DNA from: Leucoraja erinacea
Taxonomy: Eukaryota
Assembly (NCBI RefSeq): GCF_028641065.1
Contig: NC_073394.1
Span: 23,622,001 to 23,686,000, forward strand
Length of the DNA: 64,000 bases
Direction of reading: 5' to 3'
Shown here: positions 1-13,129 of the stretch, piece by piece
Numbering within the stretch: the stretch's first letter is position 1
Layout: each line of letters opens with the position of its first letter
The notes under the pieces: model-generated
What the model was told of the DNA's origin: nothing
Seen by the model: only the letters and a program-made list of their open reading frames with translations
The model's database searches: none
Position numbers and translations under genes: made by a program

Positions 1-2070
1 TCCTTTGTGTGGGAGCCACACTTCATCACTGAAATTTCCCTAGGTATCACCAATTGCTTATGAGATATTTGAGTTCCTTCCGAGGTTAGGAATCCTCTAC
101 TCCTCCATAGTTGTCCAAAGTCATGTATTACTCTGAATGCATATCTAGAATCTGTATATATGTTCACCCTTAAATCTTTCCCAACAGTATATATACAGCT
201 CAGCCTGTTGAGCTGAATAGGGTGATTCAAAAGCAGCTGTCTCTACACTGTTCTCATCCTGGTCTACAATAGCGTACCCAGAAAGTCTCTCTCCCTGGGG
301 CCCAATGGATGCATGTCCGTCTACGTATAGTGTCATGTCAGAGTCTTCTATTGGAGCGTCTCTTAGTTCCTCCCTTACAGATGTTTCCTGCATTATGAAC
401 AAACAGTCATGTCCTGCTTCCGACTGGTCCTCTGGACGTGAAATGAGGAAAGATGCCAGATTAATAGAAGTACAGTGTCTAAATTCGAGTTTTGGATTGT
501 TCAATAGATACATTTCGTAGTTATTTTGACGAGCCATTGTAAGATGCTGAGTTTGCAGTTGTCCCAACAAATCTGCCACCGAATGGGAACTGTACACTAC
601 TATTTCCTGCTGTAAGGTCAAGTTTGAAGCAGACTGTAGACTATTACAGATTTCTGTTCGGGTCTGGGTGCATAGTGGGTGTCCCCTTGCTACTGGGTCG
701 AACTTTGATGAAGCCACTGGTCTGTGCTTATCCCTGTGTTTTTGGGTGAGGGCTGCAGTCGAGCAGTCAGAAATGATGGTAAAGTAAAGTTGGAAGGGTC
801 TATCGTAGAGTGGCCTTCCTTGTGCTGGGGCCTGCATTAAAGATCTCTTCAAATTCTCGAAAGCTTTCTGAACATCTTCGGACAACTGAAATTCGCCCTC
901 TAGGCTAGTCAATTCCTTGGTGTCTAGTGCAATATTAGGGATCCAGGGTCAGCAGTAGTTCACCATACCGAGCCACTGTCTCATTTGCTTAGCCTCCTTT
1001 GGGACAGGAAATTCGCAAATTGGTTCAAGTCTGCTGTTCTCTAAACTTCTCTCTGTAGCTGAAATTATTACTCCCAAGAACTTAACTTTTTGTTGAGCCA
1101 TCAATACTATGGACTGAGAGACCACATATCCTAAATTTGCCAGATGATTCAATAATTGAGCAGTGTCCTCACGATTGCTCTGCTCATCTAAACTAGCCAC
1201 TAACGTCTACATACTGCACTAAAGTGGATTTCCTTTTAAAACTTAAAGTGCTTAACTGTTCTTGAAGACATTGAGAAAACAAGGTGGCCGAATTAATAAA
1301 TCCCTGAGGTAGTTTTGGCCACGTATATTGTTGTCCCCTGTAAGTAAAGGCAAATAAATACTGGCTGTTCTTGTGCAGAGGTAATGAGAAGAATGCATGT
1401 TGCAGGTCAACAATTGAAAAATGTAGACCGCTGGAATTAAATCTAGAATATGAGCCGGGTTTGGCACCAAGGCATGGAGTGGTTCTACCACTGCATTGAC
1501 AGATCTTAAGTCCTGGACCAGCCTGTACTGGCCCTCTTTCCCTGCCTTGGGCACTGCAAGGATTGGTGTGTTCCAAATAGACTGACACTTCACTAAGACG
1601 TCTTGTTCCAGCAATCCCCGAATCAGCTTGACTATACAGGTACTAGGAATTGCCTGTTGTTTCAACGGGTGCTGATGTATCGATGACAGTGTCACCCCTT
1701 TCTGGAGAGCTACCCGGATGGGATCAATGCAAACACATCCTACCTGAGTTGCGTCTTCTGCCCACACTTGCGGGTCCACATACTCACATACCTCACTCCC
1801 CAGATGCTGGCGTAGCTGGGCAACAACTGTCCTCGGGGTCTGATAAAACTTAACAATACATTGATTAGACAAGTTTTGTTCTTCATATACATTCGGATCT
1901 GCCAGATCAATTGCTTTCTTTACCATTGCACCCAAGTCTTTTTCACTTGCTGGAAAATTCACCTTCCCCGTGATGTGGGGAGCAACCTCTACCAGACAGA
2001 ATGTAACCATGTATATAAAAATAATTTTATTGTGACAGAATTGTTGCCAATCAAGATCCTTCATTCACAC
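1..2070 (-). mobile_element. Degraded endogenous retrovirus pol (RT, connection, RNase H), class I (gamma/epsilon-like); runs off the window start
   Basis: Frameshifted ORFs carry WNTPILAVPK...YRLVQDLRSVN, DLQHAFFS...QYLFAFT...LPQGF...QYVDV (degenerate YVDD), KVKFLG...WLGMVNYC and RNase H LYVDG...GYA...SAQQAEL. Confidence 0.85.
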
Positions 2071-2614
2071 AATATATCCCCATAAGACAGGAGCAGAATT
2101 TGGCTGTTTGGCCCATCAAGTCTGCCCCACCTTCAATCATGGCTAATCAATTTTTCTCTCTCAACACCATTCTCCTGCCTTCCTGTAACCTTTGATGCCC
2201 TTGCTAATCAAGAAAGTTGCATTTGAAGAATTTTTGTTCCCAATCAATTGATTACAGAGCACAAGGTTTAGGATGCAGGTTCATGTTCCTTTCCACTTGG
2301 TTTCCAATCAGAACGACACTGAATGCATAACATTGTCTCTCAGCAGAGCAGTTTTGTGAGTTTCTGCAGGATAAACCGTGGCACCTCCTGATGTTGAATG
2401 AAAAGAGGCAAAGCTGCAGCCTGAGTGAGGTTTGTGGATCCACTTGGAAGCGATTATCAGGTTAATTAGAAGATACAAACATAAGAATATAAGAATATCC
2501 CCATAGAAATTATTCAATAAAAAAGTTCTGATTCTGTTTGACACAAATTGCAAAGTCCTCCAGGAAATGGAAATAGTCGACAAACCAAATGAATGCTGCA
2601 TCCGTCCAGTCACG

Positions 2615-2627
2615 TCACATGTAGATC
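2615..2627 (-). CDS. TMEM80: TMEM80 probable terminal coding exon (R-I-Y-M-stop)
   Basis: Strong acceptor tttatttttttctag|GATCTACATGTGA in the phase left by exon 5. Confidence 0.6.
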
Positions 2628-5600
2628 CTAGAAAAAAATAAATAGAATTTTTATAATAGGCTAACTTTTCACGTCAAGGTGAATCTAGTTAAAGGGAATT
2701 AATAATTTTTAGCCTATTGTCAATGTGCATAATCATGCATTTATTTAGATTTACAAGTTGATATCTATTAACAAGAGTGTAATCAATGTGTAAGCAGGTC
2801 CTCCCCGGGTTACGAACACCTGACCTATAAACACTGTGCATACATGAGAGTCTGGGAAACCAGTGGGATGCATGAGTTTGGATTTGGGAGCTTCCCCGTG
2901 ACTGCCTGGGTTTTCTCCGTGATCTCCGGTTTCCTCCCGCACTAAGAAGATATACAGGTTTGTAGGTTAATTGGTAAGGTATAATTGTAAAATTGTTCCT
3001 CGTGTGTATAGCATAGCGTTAGTCTGCGAGGATCACAAGTCGGCGCAGAGGCGGTAAGCCAAAGGGCTTGTTTCCTTGCTGTATCTCTAAACTAAACTGC
3101 ATACGCTGGTTCAACTGGCCTCCTCCTGTGCTGTACTGTTCCATGTTTCAAAGCAGCATGGAGCTTTTCACACATGATGCTGACATTGGATGCTGAAAAT
3201 AAGTCTTTACATATTCTTATTGAAGGACAAAAACACAATATAAATAGTACTGCAAGTTATTTAACCACATGCGATTTCTAATTGGAATTATTGATGCTAT
3301 GAAATCTGACTGATGGCAATCATAAATCGTGTAAAACCAAAGATTTTAGATTTCAGACTTTAGAGATACTGCGTGGAAATATGCTCTTCGGCCCACCAAG
3401 CATATCGACCAGCAATCACACGCTACACTAGCACTACCCTACACAGAGAGAATTTACAATTTTACATGTCAATTAACCCACGAACCTCTACGTCTTTGGA
3501 GTGTGGGAGAAAACCAGAGCACCCGGAGAAAACCCACACAGTCATGGAGAATGTACAGACGCATCCATAGTCAAGAATGAAATTGGGTCTCTGGCACTGT
3601 AAAACAGCAAGCAGCTCTACCACTTTAAACCTTTGCCCAGTATAAACTTTACTGAGAAGAAATTAACTCTGAGTAGCACAATTATCATTTAATTGGCCAA
3701 CAGAGATTACTTAATTTTTTTTAAACTTCCAAAATATGTATCCTTGGACCAAAGATGAACAAGTAATGGTTATAATTGTTGTGTCTGTATCACTGACATT
3801 TATGCTTAAATTTAGAAACAAGGCATCCATTCAAATTACCTGGCAAAAGATGAAACCGCAATTATGTCCAGTACTTCCTCTAATCCATAGATTACCAGAA
3901 GGATTGCATTAATTATTACATCTGCTTTCAGTACATATGTCTGCCACAATAAGTAGTACAAGGAAAGTAACATACTTCCAATTGTCAGAACCATGTTAGT
4001 TACTACTGGAACTGCTTCTTCAGTCAGATTCCCTTTAAAACCTGGGGATAGATAAAATGCAGCTATTATGATGGACTAAGAAAGACAATTACAAGCAAAA
4101 CCTGAGGCATCTTCATTGTTTAATGCAGCAGTAAATCAAATGACTCAGGTTCAAGATATGATATGCTAATTATATGTCACCTCGGCAGCATTTTAAGAAC
4201 AACTGCACTAAATAGCTGAGCTTAGTTTGGCTGAGAAAGGGGAAAAAATCGCATTCCCAGTCACCATCTAATGTCTTGGAATGGGCAGCTTTGTAAATAT
4301 TGGTTTGACAGATAGTCACCATTTTGCTATAAACTTAAGAAACAGCAAGAGGACTAGGTTATCAGAGACTGCTTTGGCAATCATCAAGAGCATTACGGAC
4401 CTTTACCTCTATGCCATTTTCATGCACTATCCCTACATCTCTTGATACATGAAAATCTATCTGAACTCAATGACTGTGTCTTCCCTGTCTCTGGGAGAGA
4501 AATTTCCAAAGAAACATCGCCACATGCTGCATGGAGAAATATCTTATCAGATGGTCAAAAACTCTTTCTCTGACCCTTACTCTGTGTTTTAAAATCATTA
4601 GTGGATACATCATTGCTTTACCTCTGTACTCAAATCCTCTTGTAATAAACTCAAAGAAATTGAAAAAAATAATGACATAACCTTTCGAAAACCATAACAC
4701 AATCAAGCAGAGGCAACGTTAGATCAGGGTGATACAGGGTGAGGCGGTCCTGAATTGCCTTTGATGGAAGTTTATCCTTAAGGTCTGGTCTCATCCACAC
4801 TTTCAACAATTGCAGTAAGATCTCCCTACTTTTAGATTCTGCCTCTTGCAATGAAGACAAATGCCTTCCCAATTATTGCTTTACCTGTATGCTAACCTTC
4901 TCTGTTTCTCATCTGAGGACATTGATCCCACTGTAGAGTAGCATTCTGTGGTCTCTCTCTATTTTCTGTGTCTCCTCACTATTCTCCATTCAAATTCATT
5001 GATGTAAAACTATGTTTTTAAATTGTATCCTCAAATTCAACTTTACTAAATTGGCTGGACAGGGAGTGGCCTGGCATATGAGCAGAAGAGGTAGGAGCAG
5101 GAATAGTCCATGTGAGCCCTGAAACCTGTTCTGCTATTCACTAGGATCGTGGGTGATCTGATCTGGGTCTGAGTTCTGTTCTATATGCTCATGTATTCCT
5201 AAATTCTCCACTTTCTCCATTTCTATTCTTCCTACAAAATTGGATAATCTTGTTTCCCCACATTATTATCGATTTGCCAATTTTTGGCCACTCTCTTATC
5301 CATTTCAGAAATGAACAATCTTCTAAAGATGGGCCATGACCTGAAATGTCACCTATCCATGTCCTCCAGAGATTCTGCCTGATCCGTTGAATTACTTTGT
5401 GTGAAAAAAAGTACTGCGTTATATTAAAAAAAAAATCTTTCAAACATAGCTAACTCAACCTCTCTTCAAGATAGATTTCCAGGTAAAGTTTCTTCATCCA
5501 AAACAAATACCTGTAGTCCCAAATTACCTCAAGTTGAATATATCTCGCTTCCTCCACAGAGGACAAACCTTGAAAGATAGCAGGTTACCATAGCTCCAAC

Positions 5601-8600
5601 TAAATGTGTCAAAACTCTCTAAACTTCATGCCCCATGTAGTGTAGAGGATCAGACAGCTCAATACAATATATACAATTTTATAAAATATCTTACCATGAT
5701 ATAACTTTGTTACTTCTAGAATTCCCATGAGAATCAGAAGAACCAAATCAAAAGCCAGATTACCATCAGGGAAACTAAAAACCCGACCTGAAATGTCAAA
5801 AAATACGAATGAATTTCCTGGACATTTTTAAATGTGAAGGTTTTTTGAGTAATTGTGTGATAAAAATGCAAAACTTACTTTTGTAGATAATCATGAGGAA
5901 AGTGACAATAAAGTAAAAAATGTAATAAAATATATTGAAATAGTAAACCATCTGTAGAGGGACGGAGGAAAGCTGTTGAAATTCTGGTTAAGGAATGATA
6001 CTGCGGTAAAACCTCGACATATCATCAACCTGGACCACTTAATATGAACAATTTCCTTGAGTTCACCTCCAGGATTTTTAAGCTGGCATCTGAAAATTAT
6101 GAAAGGATACTGCTTTCTAAAAAGGTAATTTTCAAAGTAGATAATTTTTCATATGTTTAGGCAAAAATAAAATATTTCTTCTGCATATTATGTGCACCAA
6201 AATGTAAATGCAAACATAAAGAATGAATTTATAATTTTACAAACTTCATTAAAATAAATGTTATCTTGTGTAGTATTCCGATCTTGATGCTTCTGGATAT
6301 CTGCAGAATCCCCCTCAGCAAAGCTACAAAATCAAGTACATTAGGGGCTCTTCCCCACAGCCTCACCCATATTCTGAACTTGCAGATTTCAGATTTATTG
6401 GGTCACTCATGGGATTCTCTATCTGTCTGTGGGGGTACATCCAGTATAGAGATTGCAGAAAATAGCCCACCACCACCTTCTCAACAGCAACTTGGTCTGA
6501 GTGCTAAATGATAATTGTTGCAAAATTCATCTTAAAGAAATTAATAAGGTAAACAACAACTCTTTCTGAAACATATTAAATGTCACAACGCACTGTCCTG
6601 TGTACAGTCGAATGATTATCTTAAGAAGCACAGCAATTATTAAAAATATTTCACTTTTGTCTTTGTAATTAGGTTACAGTGATAGATATCTCAATCTGAC
6701 CTGATGTCTCCCTGCAATAAAGCCTAAAAGCACACCAGTTCAATTTGCATCCTTAATGATAGGATTAAAATAGCAAATTATTTTTCCACAAGGAGGAGGT
6801 TGTTCATAGAACTACAACAAAACATCCTTGCATTTACTGCTACATCAAGATATAAATATTTGATAGATAATATAATGGCTTAGTGTGTAAATTAACTCAT
6901 AATTTGTGTACCAGGATCAGCGCAGTTTCAAACTCAGATCTGCACCAAATTAACTGGTCTTAACTTTGATCAATATACTATTTCATGCCCAAGCAGAAAA
7001 AAAAATCTCGGCAATTATTCGATACAGCATTGAAAATTTAGTTAAAAACTAAAATCGATCACAAATGAAAAATGTTCCAAGATGCTGGATGAGTGCCGTT
7101 ACCCTTTGATTTACAGAGTAGTCAGCAAGAAAGGTCAGACAATGAAGAGAGAAAAAATGGAGAATGTCTTGACTTAACAAATTTGAAGAGCAAGATTGGA
7201 ATGCAGAATGTATTGATCCCACATTTGAGTGATTGCTGCTTCACAAGGAGATACAACAGTCACAACAGCTGTCAGACCAACAGTCAAACTACCCCACATG
7301 ATAATTACACTCTGGAGTAAATGTTGCATTTCAATTACAGGCTACAAGAATGCCGAACTAGAAAAGAATGATATGCAACAGCTCCTGGCGAAAGGTAGAT
7401 TTTAGTCCAAAGGATACAACAGCAGCAGAATTCACTGTAATAGAAGATACAATTAACTATTAGTACAAAGGATTATAATTTACTTTACCAATTCACTAAA
7501 ATAAAGGAAATAAATATATTGAACTAAGATACTTAATTACTAGTATATAAAGATTTTAATTCATCATCTCAAATTATTCATATCAGCAGTCGTTGCAGAT
7601 ACAGAATCATTAAACTATTATGTTGCTAGAATCTTGAGCAAAAAACACAGGAGTAACTCAGCGAGTTAGGTAGCCTCTCTGGAAAGCAAGGATAGGTGAC
7701 GATTCGGGTCAGGATCCTTATTCAAACTGCAGCAGATTCTGACCCAAAATGTCGTCGATCTGTGTTCTCCAGAGATGCTGCCTGATCCGCTGTTACTCCA
7801 GCACTGTATTTTTGTTCATCATTATGTTGTTGAACTCAAAGTGCTGTCTCCAGAGAGAAAGTTTTATCCAAGAAACTTAAATGTTGATTCCTTGATTTCA
7901 CTGAACTTTGTTTCCACATCAAACCAATAAATATCAACCTCCATTAAATCTTTTAATTTTTCTTGAGCTGATCCACTTAGTTTCCTCAACAAAGTTGGTG
8001 CTGAAACAGTCATAAAGTTGTATAGCATGGTAACAGGCCCATCGGCTCAACTTGTCCATGCTGACCAAGTTGCCATATTGGGCCGGTCTTATTTACCTGC
8101 ATTTGAACCATATTCCTCAAAACCCCTTCTAGCCATATATCTGGCATAATATTTTTAAACGTCACAATTGTATCTGCTTCTATAGCTTAGGTAAGGCCTC
8201 AATATTAAAATACACAACTTTGTTTGTGCATGGACCTTTGTTGGCTAAATGAACAGTCCTTGTTGTAAACCTTCTCTGGTACCACTCTCTCACTCTTCTC
8301 TCAGCTGCACAGTGGCTCAGAGGAAGCGCTCCAGAGGGCCATTGACACGCCCAGAGGATTGTCGGCTGCCCTCTCCAGTCTTGGAGGGACCTACACACTG
8401 GCACCAAAAAAAAAAACCCAGATATAATAAAGGACACACACACAACAACTGCAATGGTGCTGCGTGCAGCATCTGTTTCATCAATTTCATCACCTTTGCT
8501 ACTAACTTCCACCCTACTCTCAAATTAACTTAGACTATTAGCCACACCTCTATCTCCATATTGAGCAAACTAGCTACTGGCCACTTACTAGAACCCCCCC

Positions 8601-11600
8601 CCCCCCCCAACTCTCATAACTACAGCCTACACTTCACACCCATTCTCTTGCATGGATGCCATCCCTTTCTGTCATTTTCTCCATCTCCGTGCATTTGCTC
8701 TCATGATGAGTTCTTCCATTCCAGAACATCTGAAATGTCCTCCTTATTTCAGCAAACGTTGTTTCTCTTCCACTGTGGTTGATGGAGCCCTATCATGCAT
8801 TTTCTCTGTTTCCTGGATTTCTTCCTGCTCCTTCCAAATAGAACAGTGATAGAATTAAAGTCATAGTCATACAGCACAGAAACAGGCCCTTTGGCCCAAC
8901 TCGTCCACGCCAACTGAGATGTCCGACTAAGATAGTCCCACTTGCCGACGTATGGAGCATTCCCCTCTAAACCTTTCCTATCCATGTACCTCTCCAAATG
9001 TTTTTTAAATGCTATTGCACTACCTGTCTCAACTACCTCAGACAGCTCTTTCCATATATCTTCCACCCTCTGAGTGAAAAAGTTCCTATTAAATCTTGTC
9101 TCTCTCACATTAACCTATGTCATCTGGTTCTTGATTTCCCTACTCTTGTAAATGATTGTGTGCATTCACCCTATATATTCCCCTTATGACACCTCCATAG
9201 GATCACACTTCAAACTCTTGGCCAACTTTTCCTATAGCTCAGGTTTTTGTTTCTTTACCACATCCTCATAAATCGCTGTATTCTCTTTAGCTTAATGACA
9301 TCCTTCCTGAAATAGGGTGACCAATGCTGAACACAATACTCAAAATGCAGCCTCAACAAGGTCATGCACAATTGTAACACACCATCTATACTCAATACCC
9401 TAACAGATGAAGCCAATACCCAAACAGATGAAACCTTCTTTACCTCACTATTTACCTGTGACACCACTTTCAGCTTCCTCCATCCTCCCCTTTCATCCTA
9501 CCAGCTTCTGCATTTAGCACGTCATCTATTGTCATTTCTGCCAGCTATAACTGGATCTTGCCTACAGCCACATCTTCCACTCCCCACCATTTCCACCTTC
9601 TGCATGGACCACTCACTTCCTGGTCCACTCATCCCTCCACACTCATCCCTCCCTGACCCCAGGTACTTTAACCTGCAATTGCTGTTTAGGACCCTGGATG
9701 GTGGTGAGGAGGAAGTTGCAAGATCAAGTGTTGCAGGAGTTGCAAGATTTGTTTCTACTCCTCCTCCCTCACCAACATCAAGGGACTTAAACAGATCTTC
9801 ATGTGAGGCACAGATTTGCAAGCACCTCCTCCAACCTCATCTACTGCATGCAGTGCTCCTGATGTGATCTCCTTTACTTCAGCAAGACCAAGAGCAGGCA
9901 AAGTGACCAATTTGGAAAGCTACTGCGCTCTATCCTTAGCTCCCAGTTGCATGTCATTTCAACTTACCCATTCCCGCAGCAATCTGCCTGCCCTCAGACT
10001 CCTCCACTCTCATTGCAAACTATAGGAGCAACACCTCATATTCAGTTTGGGTACTTTACAACTCAATGATATGAACATTGAACTTTCCGATATTATGTAG
10101 CCTATACCTTCTCTCCTTCCAATCCACTTCCAGTCCCCCCCATTTTGTGTTCCCTTTACCATACACCCTCCACCAGCCCTTCAAAAATTTTCACCCCACT
10201 CTTGGTTCCATCTGGCCTCTATCTCTCCTTTCTCTCAACCATTCCCATTATTACCATCTTATCAGATTTCATCATGGATAGACATTGTGTTCCTGTTTAT
10301 CACCCTCGCCTCCCTCCACGCTCTGATTCTACCTGCCTTTTATTTTGCCGTGTCAGCTTCCAGGTACCGCCGACCGCCTGTCTCTGAACTCCATCTCTCT
10401 TCCTCAACCACTTGACTCCATCTCCCATCATCCTTGTTCCCTACTCTGTCCATCGAATTTTCATTGGTGGGTCGGCCGTGCAGAGTTAGCAGCTTCAATT
10501 CCTGGGCATTAACATATCAGGTGGCCTGTCCTGAGGCCAGCACACGGTTGTAATCTTGAATGAGGCCATTGCCTCAACTTTCTTATAAGTTTAATAAGAT
10601 TCAGCATATCATCAACTTCTCTAACAACCCTTTACAAATACATTGTTGAAATTATCCTGACTGGTTGCATCATGGCTTGATACGGCAATTCTAACACACA
10701 GGAACACAAAAGGCTGCAGAGAGTGGAGGACTCAATCCATTGAGTCCAGGCACAGCCCTACCCATTCACAGAAACATCTGCATGAGGCGGCATCTACCAT
10801 CAAGAATTCCCACCATTCAGGCCATGATATCTTCTCGCTGTTACCATTGGGCAGGAGGTACAGAAGCCGGAAATCCCACATCACTAGGTTCAGGAGCATC
10901 TACCTCCCTACAACTGTCAGGGTCTTGAACTAACCTGCACAACCTTGATCAACAGAGCACTATGCACCACCTCTTTCATTACCATGATTTCTAATTGGGT
11001 ATTTCATACTAACGTCTTTCTTTTGCAGTCTTTTTCTTTTCGGTCTTTTTGTAGAATTTTTGTGTAATTTGTGTACAATTTATGTTGTTATGTAGAAACA
11101 AGAAATTGCAAATGCAGGAATCTAGAGTAAAACATTAAGTGGGGTAATACCTCAGTGGATCAGGCAGCATCTCTGGAGTACTTGAATAGACAACGTTTTG
11201 AGTCCGACCCTTCTTCAGCCTGAAAAAGAGTACCGGCCGGAAATGTCACCAATCCATGTTCTCCAGAGATACTGCCTGATCCTTTGAGTTATTCCATCAT
11301 TTTGTCTTTTACTCGTGTTTTTATGTTATCTGAATCTACGTAACCATGGCGCTGCTGCAAGCGAGATTTTCAATCTACCTGTACCGCACCATACCTGATA
11401 CGGCAATCTCCTCTTGCATCGAGCTTGAGTTGGTGCTGCAGCTGGATTCCGTGCCTACAGGGCTTCTAATTATCAAAGTTCCCAAGAGTGCTGATACTTG
11501 CATTGAAACAAGCAAGGCATAATCACTGACTTTAGAACATGATTGGAAGATGAAAAAATAAATACAGTCGTCCATTTTAAACCGAATCTCGAAAAGAAAC

Positions 11601-11828
11601 AAAGATTTCTCCGTTAAACAACCCATTTGGCATCTCATGGACTGCATTTCAAGGCACCCATGACTAATATAAGCGGTTCTACTGCCGCAAACACTTGTAA
11701 ATCGTACTAGCTTGCAGACATTTGCAATTAATTCAATGTTGTAATTACAAAATAAGTCGAAAAGATGAAAACCACACCGGTTGCCACAGCAACACGACTC
11801 TCACTGCCTCACCTTTCATCAACACCAT
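2615..11828 (-). CDS. TMEM80: TMEM80 (TMEM17/216/80 transition-zone family), 6 coding exons, 144 aa
   Basis: Exons 11813-11828, 7418-7434, 5879-5972, 5695-5787, 3840-4041, 2615-2627 join in frame (435 nt): MVLMKVNSAAVLSSVPLQMVYYFNIFYYIFYFIVTFLMIIYKSRVFSFPDGNLAFDLVLLILMGILEVTKLYHGFKGNLTEEAVPVVTNMVLTIGSMLLSLYYLLWQTYVLKADVIINAILLVIYGLEEVLDIIAVSSFARIYM. LSSVPLQM, YKS.VFS.P, LMGILE and GNLTE match TMEM80 as recalled. Confidence 0.88.
3350..3625 (-). mobile_element. tRNA-derived V-SINE (HE1-like); other copies at about 2870-3098, 16045-16195, 20560-20740, 39300-39555, 53460-53730, 54080-54370
   Basis: Shared core TTCCTCCCACACTCCAAAGAC...GGTTTGTAGGTTAATT and GTATCTCTAAA tail. The copy at 53460 keeps the tRNA-like head GGTGGCGCAGCGGTAGAG...GGTTCGATCC. 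Confidence 0.7.
3840..4041 (-). CDS. TMEM80: TMEM80 coding exon 5 (202 nt)
   Basis: ccccag|GTTTTAAAGGG...GCCAG|gtaatt; FKGNLTEE...YYLLWQTYVLKAD. Confidence 0.92.
5695..5787 (-). CDS. TMEM80: TMEM80 coding exon 4 (93 nt)
   Basis: tttcag|GTCGG...TCATG|gtaaga; RVFSFPDGNLAFDLVLLILMGILEV. Confidence 0.92.
5879..5972 (-). CDS. TMEM80: TMEM80 coding exon 3 (94 nt)
   Basis: caacag|CTTTCCTCCGTC...CAAAA|gtaagt; LSSVPLQMVYY...MIIYK. Confidence 0.92.
5973..7417 (-). other. U12-type (minor) GT-AG intron of TMEM80
   Basis: Donor GTATCCTTTG; perfect U12 branch site TTCCTTAAC at 5987-5995, 14 nt from the exon boundary; no long pyrimidine tract. Confidence 0.9.
7418..7434 (-). CDS. TMEM80: TMEM80 17-nt micro-exon (coding exon 2)
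   Basis: tcttctattacag|TGAATTCTGCTGCTGTT|gtatcctttg; converts phase 1 to phase 0 as required. Confidence 0.85.
8850..9460 (-). mobile_element. Old CR1 LINE 3' fragment nested in Penelope remnants (about 8520-10100)
   Basis: LRLHFEYCVQHWSPYFRKD and FFTQRVEDIWKEL...FKKHLERYM. Confidence 0.75.
10450..10935 (+). mobile_element. Degraded Rex1/Babar LINE 3' fragment
   Basis: Recognisably similar to the Rex1 copies at 32460 and 46351 (FLGI.IS..LSW; ILTGCI.AWYG). Confidence 0.6.
11780..11793. promoter_or_regulatory. RFX X-box at the TMEM80 5' end (start of intron 1)
   Basis: GTTGCCACAGCAAC fits the GTTNCC-NN-RGCAAC palindromic consensus, about 20 nt past the first donor. Confidence 0.7.
11813..11828 (-). 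CDS. TMEM80: TMEM80 first coding exon
   Basis: aaaATGGTGTTGATGAAAG|gtgagg in a CpG-containing region. An upstream in-frame ATG could extend the N-terminus (MLEDHHVGK-MVLMK). Confidence 0.75.
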
Positions 11829-11883
11829 TTTGCCGACATGATGGTCCTCCAGCATCCCATCAACCCCCGCGGTGCCACCAGCC

Positions 11884-11898
11884 TTGCCCCCTGGCGGC
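11884..11898 (-). promoter_or_regulatory. CTCF-like motif at the TMEM80 5' end
   Basis: Minus strand GCCGCCAGGGGGCAA matches the CTCF core CCRSYAGRKGGC. Confidence 0.45.
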
Positions 11899-13129
11899 AG
11901 GGAATGGTAAAGCCTTTCACTCAGCGAAAATCCCAGGTAAAATCTTTCTAACATGCCAAGGTGTTAATTTGAAGTAGCAACCAAACTGATTACAGAGTGT
12001 TTAGAGGGGATGTAAATAAAACGTTTGAAGAGGAGATAGCTTTAAGGTGAAGGGGGCAACATTTAAAAGGAGATGTGCAGGGCAATTTTTTTTCCAGATT
12101 GGTGGGCACCTGGAATACGCCGCCAGATACAACACTCACTGTAGTGGAGTTTGAGATATGAATAAATGTGATATAATTATAGTGTAGGATGCACACCCAT
12201 CATTAGGCTGGTAGAAATGTGTTCATCCAATCCCTCTCCAAGTTACAACAGGATTTGTTACCCGAACAGTCAAGTCGGAAATATGGCTCCAAAATGAGTT
12301 CCTACTTTGCAGAAGTATGGATTTTGCAAATCCATCCCACCAGTCTCCCAAACGTTTGTTCATATGTACGGCTATATTCCAGAGAATAAAAATATTGGCA
12401 TAGCATGTTCCAATGTAGAGTTGTGGAAATATGGACTGTAATTTCGATAATCTTGTCTTTTTTTAAATTAAAAAAAACTAAAATCAAAATTGTAGATTTT
12501 ATATTTTATGGACTTTATTCAAAAAAATCTGATATAAATATATAAAGTACAAAATAATCTGCTCATTGTTGTTGAATTACACTCCTTCCAAGACATGGAC
12601 ATGTTTATTGTGATTAAGGTAATAGGGAGAGTAGAAAGGAAGGGGTATACTTTATTACATTGCAATCACAGTGAACACTCTCCACTGGCTGATGCCACAT
12701 GGAGCACAAATGATTATGGTTATTCAATCGTCGGTGCCCATGAAACTGATGCTGGAGCTCCCCAGACATCATATCGAAAATAATGACAAACACCTCTAAG
12801 TCTGCAAGTTATGGATTTGCAGACTAGTATTCCCATGTGCTTGTGGCACCTATTTTTTTAATGTTGGTTAGGAGATGCAGTTGAAGAAGCCTTTTGGTTC
12901 TTACAGTGCATATTTGAGATGGCACCCTCTTCAATAAATGTGTCCCAGCCTTGGAAACAATGAGTGCTTAACGTGGATGGATGGGGCGCTATGAAATTAC
13001 AGCCACACTAACATTGCCAAGTATCATGGGAAATTTTGATCAAAGTATGTGATCATTTGGCCCATGCCTATTTGAAACAAGTTTATTCATGGATAACTCC
13101 TTGAGATGGACAGTCATCTCATTTTCGAG

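Noticed and set aside
5695-5787. Possible alternative exon of TMEM216
   Set aside because: TMEM216 has its own equivalent exon (22680-22772); this one belongs to a complete separate paralog.
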